The translations under genes and the position numbers were made by a program. Below are positions 36,155 through 37,566 of a stretch of 37,566 bases of DNA, piece after piece; positions within the stretch are counted from its first letter, which is position 1, and each line of letters opens with the position of its first letter. The notes beneath the pieces are model-generated. The model ran no database searches. It was not told the DNA's origin and worked only from the letters and a program-made list of their open reading frames with translations. The stretch is from a candidate division WWE3 bacterium CG08_land_8_20_14_0_20_43_13 (GTDB lineage: Bacteria > Patescibacteriota > WWE3 > PEYW01): assembly GCA_002774225.1 (NCBI GenBank), contig PEYW01000029.1:1-37566 (forward strand). Reading direction: 5' to 3'.

Positions 36155-36170
36155 GCGAAGGTGCGTAAAC

Positions 36171-37364
36171 CTAGACTTGACTATTCAAAAATTCCGCTCC
36201 AAATCCAGCTAGACAGGACACCATAAGAAACTCTTGCTTATTAAGCCGGCCAGTTAAATCTCTAACAAATAAATCATCGAAAGTAAAATTTAGGAACTCA
36301 ACTTCCTGACCAAAAGGAAATTTCTTAAGCCAGCGAGAGTCCGAAAAAACAGCTTTAATCTCGGGGGATTCCTTACCACCACCCAGCATAATAATTTGAT
36401 GAGGAAGCTTTTTGACCCCAGAAAATGATTCTAACGCAACATCAAGATTACATGCCCAATAACGACATACTCTGGTTAAGGTTTGACTAACAACCGACGG
36501 ATCAACTGAATAATCATCTAAAGAGTTATATCTAATTTGCAGAGCTTTTTCCCAATCAATAGAAAGAGCTTGACTCAACGCCAAGGTAAAATGCCAATCG
36601 CCCAAAGGAAAACTAGCACAAGCGACAATTCCGCCTCCAATAACTACGCCAAGATTTGTTACTTGCCCGCCCACATCTACCAGCAATGCGTTAAATTGAG
36701 GTTTATCTTTATCTTTTAAGTTCTTTAATAGAGCGTTAAAGGAGGAAGTAACAGTTAACAGTTTTAGTCCTAATTTTTTTGAAATGTCTTGAAGACCGCG
36801 CAAATACTGGCTTGTAGAAAAAGAGGTTGCCAAACCAAGCTCTAAGACACTTCCTCGGTAACCCAAAGGACTAGAGGCATAGTACCCATCAAGCTTGCAA
36901 ATACTAATATTAGAACCTATAAGTTCTAAATAGGCGCCGGGGTCGCCAAACCACCAAGCTGCTTGACCGGCCGCTTCTATTCCGGCGGCATCTTCTAAAC
37001 GATCGCATATGTCAGAAAGCTCGTTCTCGGAAACCGGATCTTGTGAGGTAGTACGAGTAATTTTTGCCATAGTGGTAAAATCGTGTACCAAAACCCCCGA
37101 AAGACTATAAATAACTTGGTTCGGAGAAGGCACGCCCAATTCACTTAACAATTTCTTTAAAGTTTGAACAACCAACGGACTGTTCTTAATTAGACCGTGG
37201 TCAAAAGATCCTTCGGGCCAGGCAATCTGGCCACAACCAATAATTTGAGGAATTTCGTCTGTAAGATCAACCACCACACCCTTAACGTTTACAGTGCCAA
37301 AATCAATTCCCAAAAAAGACGAGGGGGAATGATTTTTTAAGAAGGGCAAAGAAAAATCAAGCAT
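36171..37364 (-). CDS. FtsA/PilM-family actin-like ATPase (397 aa)
   Basis: The phosphate-1 motif is LGIDFGTVNVKGVVVD and the phosphate-2 motif is ALLVDVGGQVTNLGVV..GG. FPLGD...T and a late MLGGG block are also present. The overall layout is that of FtsA/PilM. Confidence 0.75.
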   Translation of the reverse strand: MLDFSLPFLKNHSPSSFLGIDFGTVNVKGVVVDLTDEIPQIIGCGQIAWPEGSFDHGLIKNSPLVVQTLKKLLSELGVPSPNQVIYSLSGVLVHDFTTMAKITRTTSQDPVSENELSDICDRLEDAAGIEAAGQAAWWFGDPGAYLELIGSNISICKLDGYYASSPLGYRGSVLELGLATSFSTSQYLRGLQDISKKLGLKLLTVTSSFNALLKNLKDKDKPQFNALLVDVGGQVTNLGVVIGGGIVACASFPLGDWHFTLALSQALSIDWEKALQIRYNSLDDYSVDPSVVSQTLTRVCRYWACNLDVALESFSGVKKLPHQIIMLGGGKESPEIKAVFSDSRWLKKFPFGQEVEFLNFTFDDLFVRDLTGRLNKQEFLMVSCLAGFGAEFLNSQV

Positions 37365-37373
37365 ATTATATAG

Positions 37374-37403
37374 AGTATAAAGTCACAAGCAGTAATATAT
37401 CAA
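37374..37403 (-). promoter_or_regulatory. Candidate promoter of the FtsA/PilM-like gene: TTGATA - 18 nt - TATACT, ending 9 nt before the ATG
   Basis: The minus strand reads CTTGATATATTACTGCTTGTGACTTTATACTCTATATAATATG. This would give a very short leader or none. Confidence 0.3.
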
Positions 37404-37416
37404 GATAGCTAAAACC

Positions 37417-37566
37417 TTATTGAATTAAAACCGCTTTAATTCTACGAATCCCTTTGGAAATAGATTCTTGTTTAATGATCTTGAATGTGCCTAATTGGGA
37501 GGTATTTATAGCGTGAGGACCGCCACAAACCTCACAAGAAACAGGATTTTGCGAACCACCTATTGT
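37417..37566 (-). CDS. alaS: 3' end (49 codons) of an alanyl-tRNA synthetase or AlaX-type editing protein; the 5' part lies outside the window
   Basis: The minus strand translates to [49 protein letters not shown]. The block CGG.H..NT..LG.FKI..E.S...G.RRI.AV is the second zinc-binding/editing-domain block of AlaRS/AlaX. Confidence 0.7.
   Translation of the reverse strand, partial: TIGGSQNPVSCEVCGGPHAINTSQLGTFKIIKQESISKGIRRIKAVLIQ

Noticed and set aside
35772-36170. Whether the structured spacer is tmRNA, RNase P RNA, SRP (4.5S) RNA, 6S RNA or a tRNA
   Set aside because: I checked both strands by eye. There is no GGGG...CCACCA acceptor pairing, T-arm or resume-codon tag frame (tmRNA). There is no GAGGAAAGUCC P4 strand, and although a GAACCCGG string exists it is near the wrong end (RNase P). 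There is no GNRA-capped domain IV with AGCA/GGAA loops (SRP), no GGTTCGA-type T-loop (tRNA), and no long-range pairing between the two GC-rich ends (6S). This is not proof of absence; a covariance-model scan is still needed.
36075-36170. The frame stays open for 31 codons after the TAG stop of the FtsA/PilM-like gene (possible read-through extension)
   Set aside because: GC-rich sequence naturally lacks stop codons. The extension (VYAPSRLPAVSAARQARQEIPRIYLWMNPVR) has no recognisable motif, and TAG is used as a normal stop by other genes in the window.
1-37566. Alternative genetic code (UGA recoding, as in some CPR lineages)
   Set aside because: rpmJ, rpmC and ruvX end in TGA at exactly the expected protein lengths. 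All conserved genes are intact under the standard code.

Overview
Almost the whole window is one minus-strand block of core information-processing genes. A ~26 kb uninterrupted 'superoperon' runs rpoB-rpoC-rpsL-rpsG-fusA-tuf-rpsJ-rplCDWB-rpsS-rplV-rpsC-rplP-rpmC-rpsQ-rplNXE-rpsN-rpsH-rplFR-rpsE-rplO-secY-(ybaB-like)-adk-infA-rpmJ-rpsMKD-rpoA-rplQ-rplM-rpsI. It is flanked on one side by recA-recX-rny-ymdB-hup. On the other side lie mltG-ruvX, a 505-aa membrane protein, a 370-nt structured spacer, an FtsA/PilM-like ATPase and the 3' end of an alaS/alaX-type gene. Only two genes are on the plus strand: an orphan 202-aa ORF and mnmA. Several features suggest a reduced-genome, CPR/Patescibacteria-like bacterium using the standard code (inference only): no L30 gene between rpsE and rplO, no map between adk and infA, very tight gene packing, Firmicute-like synteny in condensed form, and almost no Shine-Dalgarno motifs. 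I recognise no rRNA, tRNA, CRISPR array, transposase/integrase or known defence gene. I see no obvious novel multi-gene system. The most interesting signals are: (1) a consensus promoter followed by an intrinsic-terminator hairpin between rpsJ and rplC, which looks like a leader attenuator; (2) a two-gene insertion (actin-like ATPase plus a single-pass (bitopic) membrane protein) in the otherwise conserved alaS-ruvX-mltG neighbourhood, split by a 370-nt noncoding region with GC-rich hairpins and a twin-hairpin, MITE-like module; (3) an orphan ORF divergent from recA with degenerate kinase-like motifs; (4) unusual ribosomal proteins, namely a ~147-aa mini-L3 and an L24 with a C-terminal Cys4 motif. 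Functional calls come from my own motif and synteny recognition; no database search was run.
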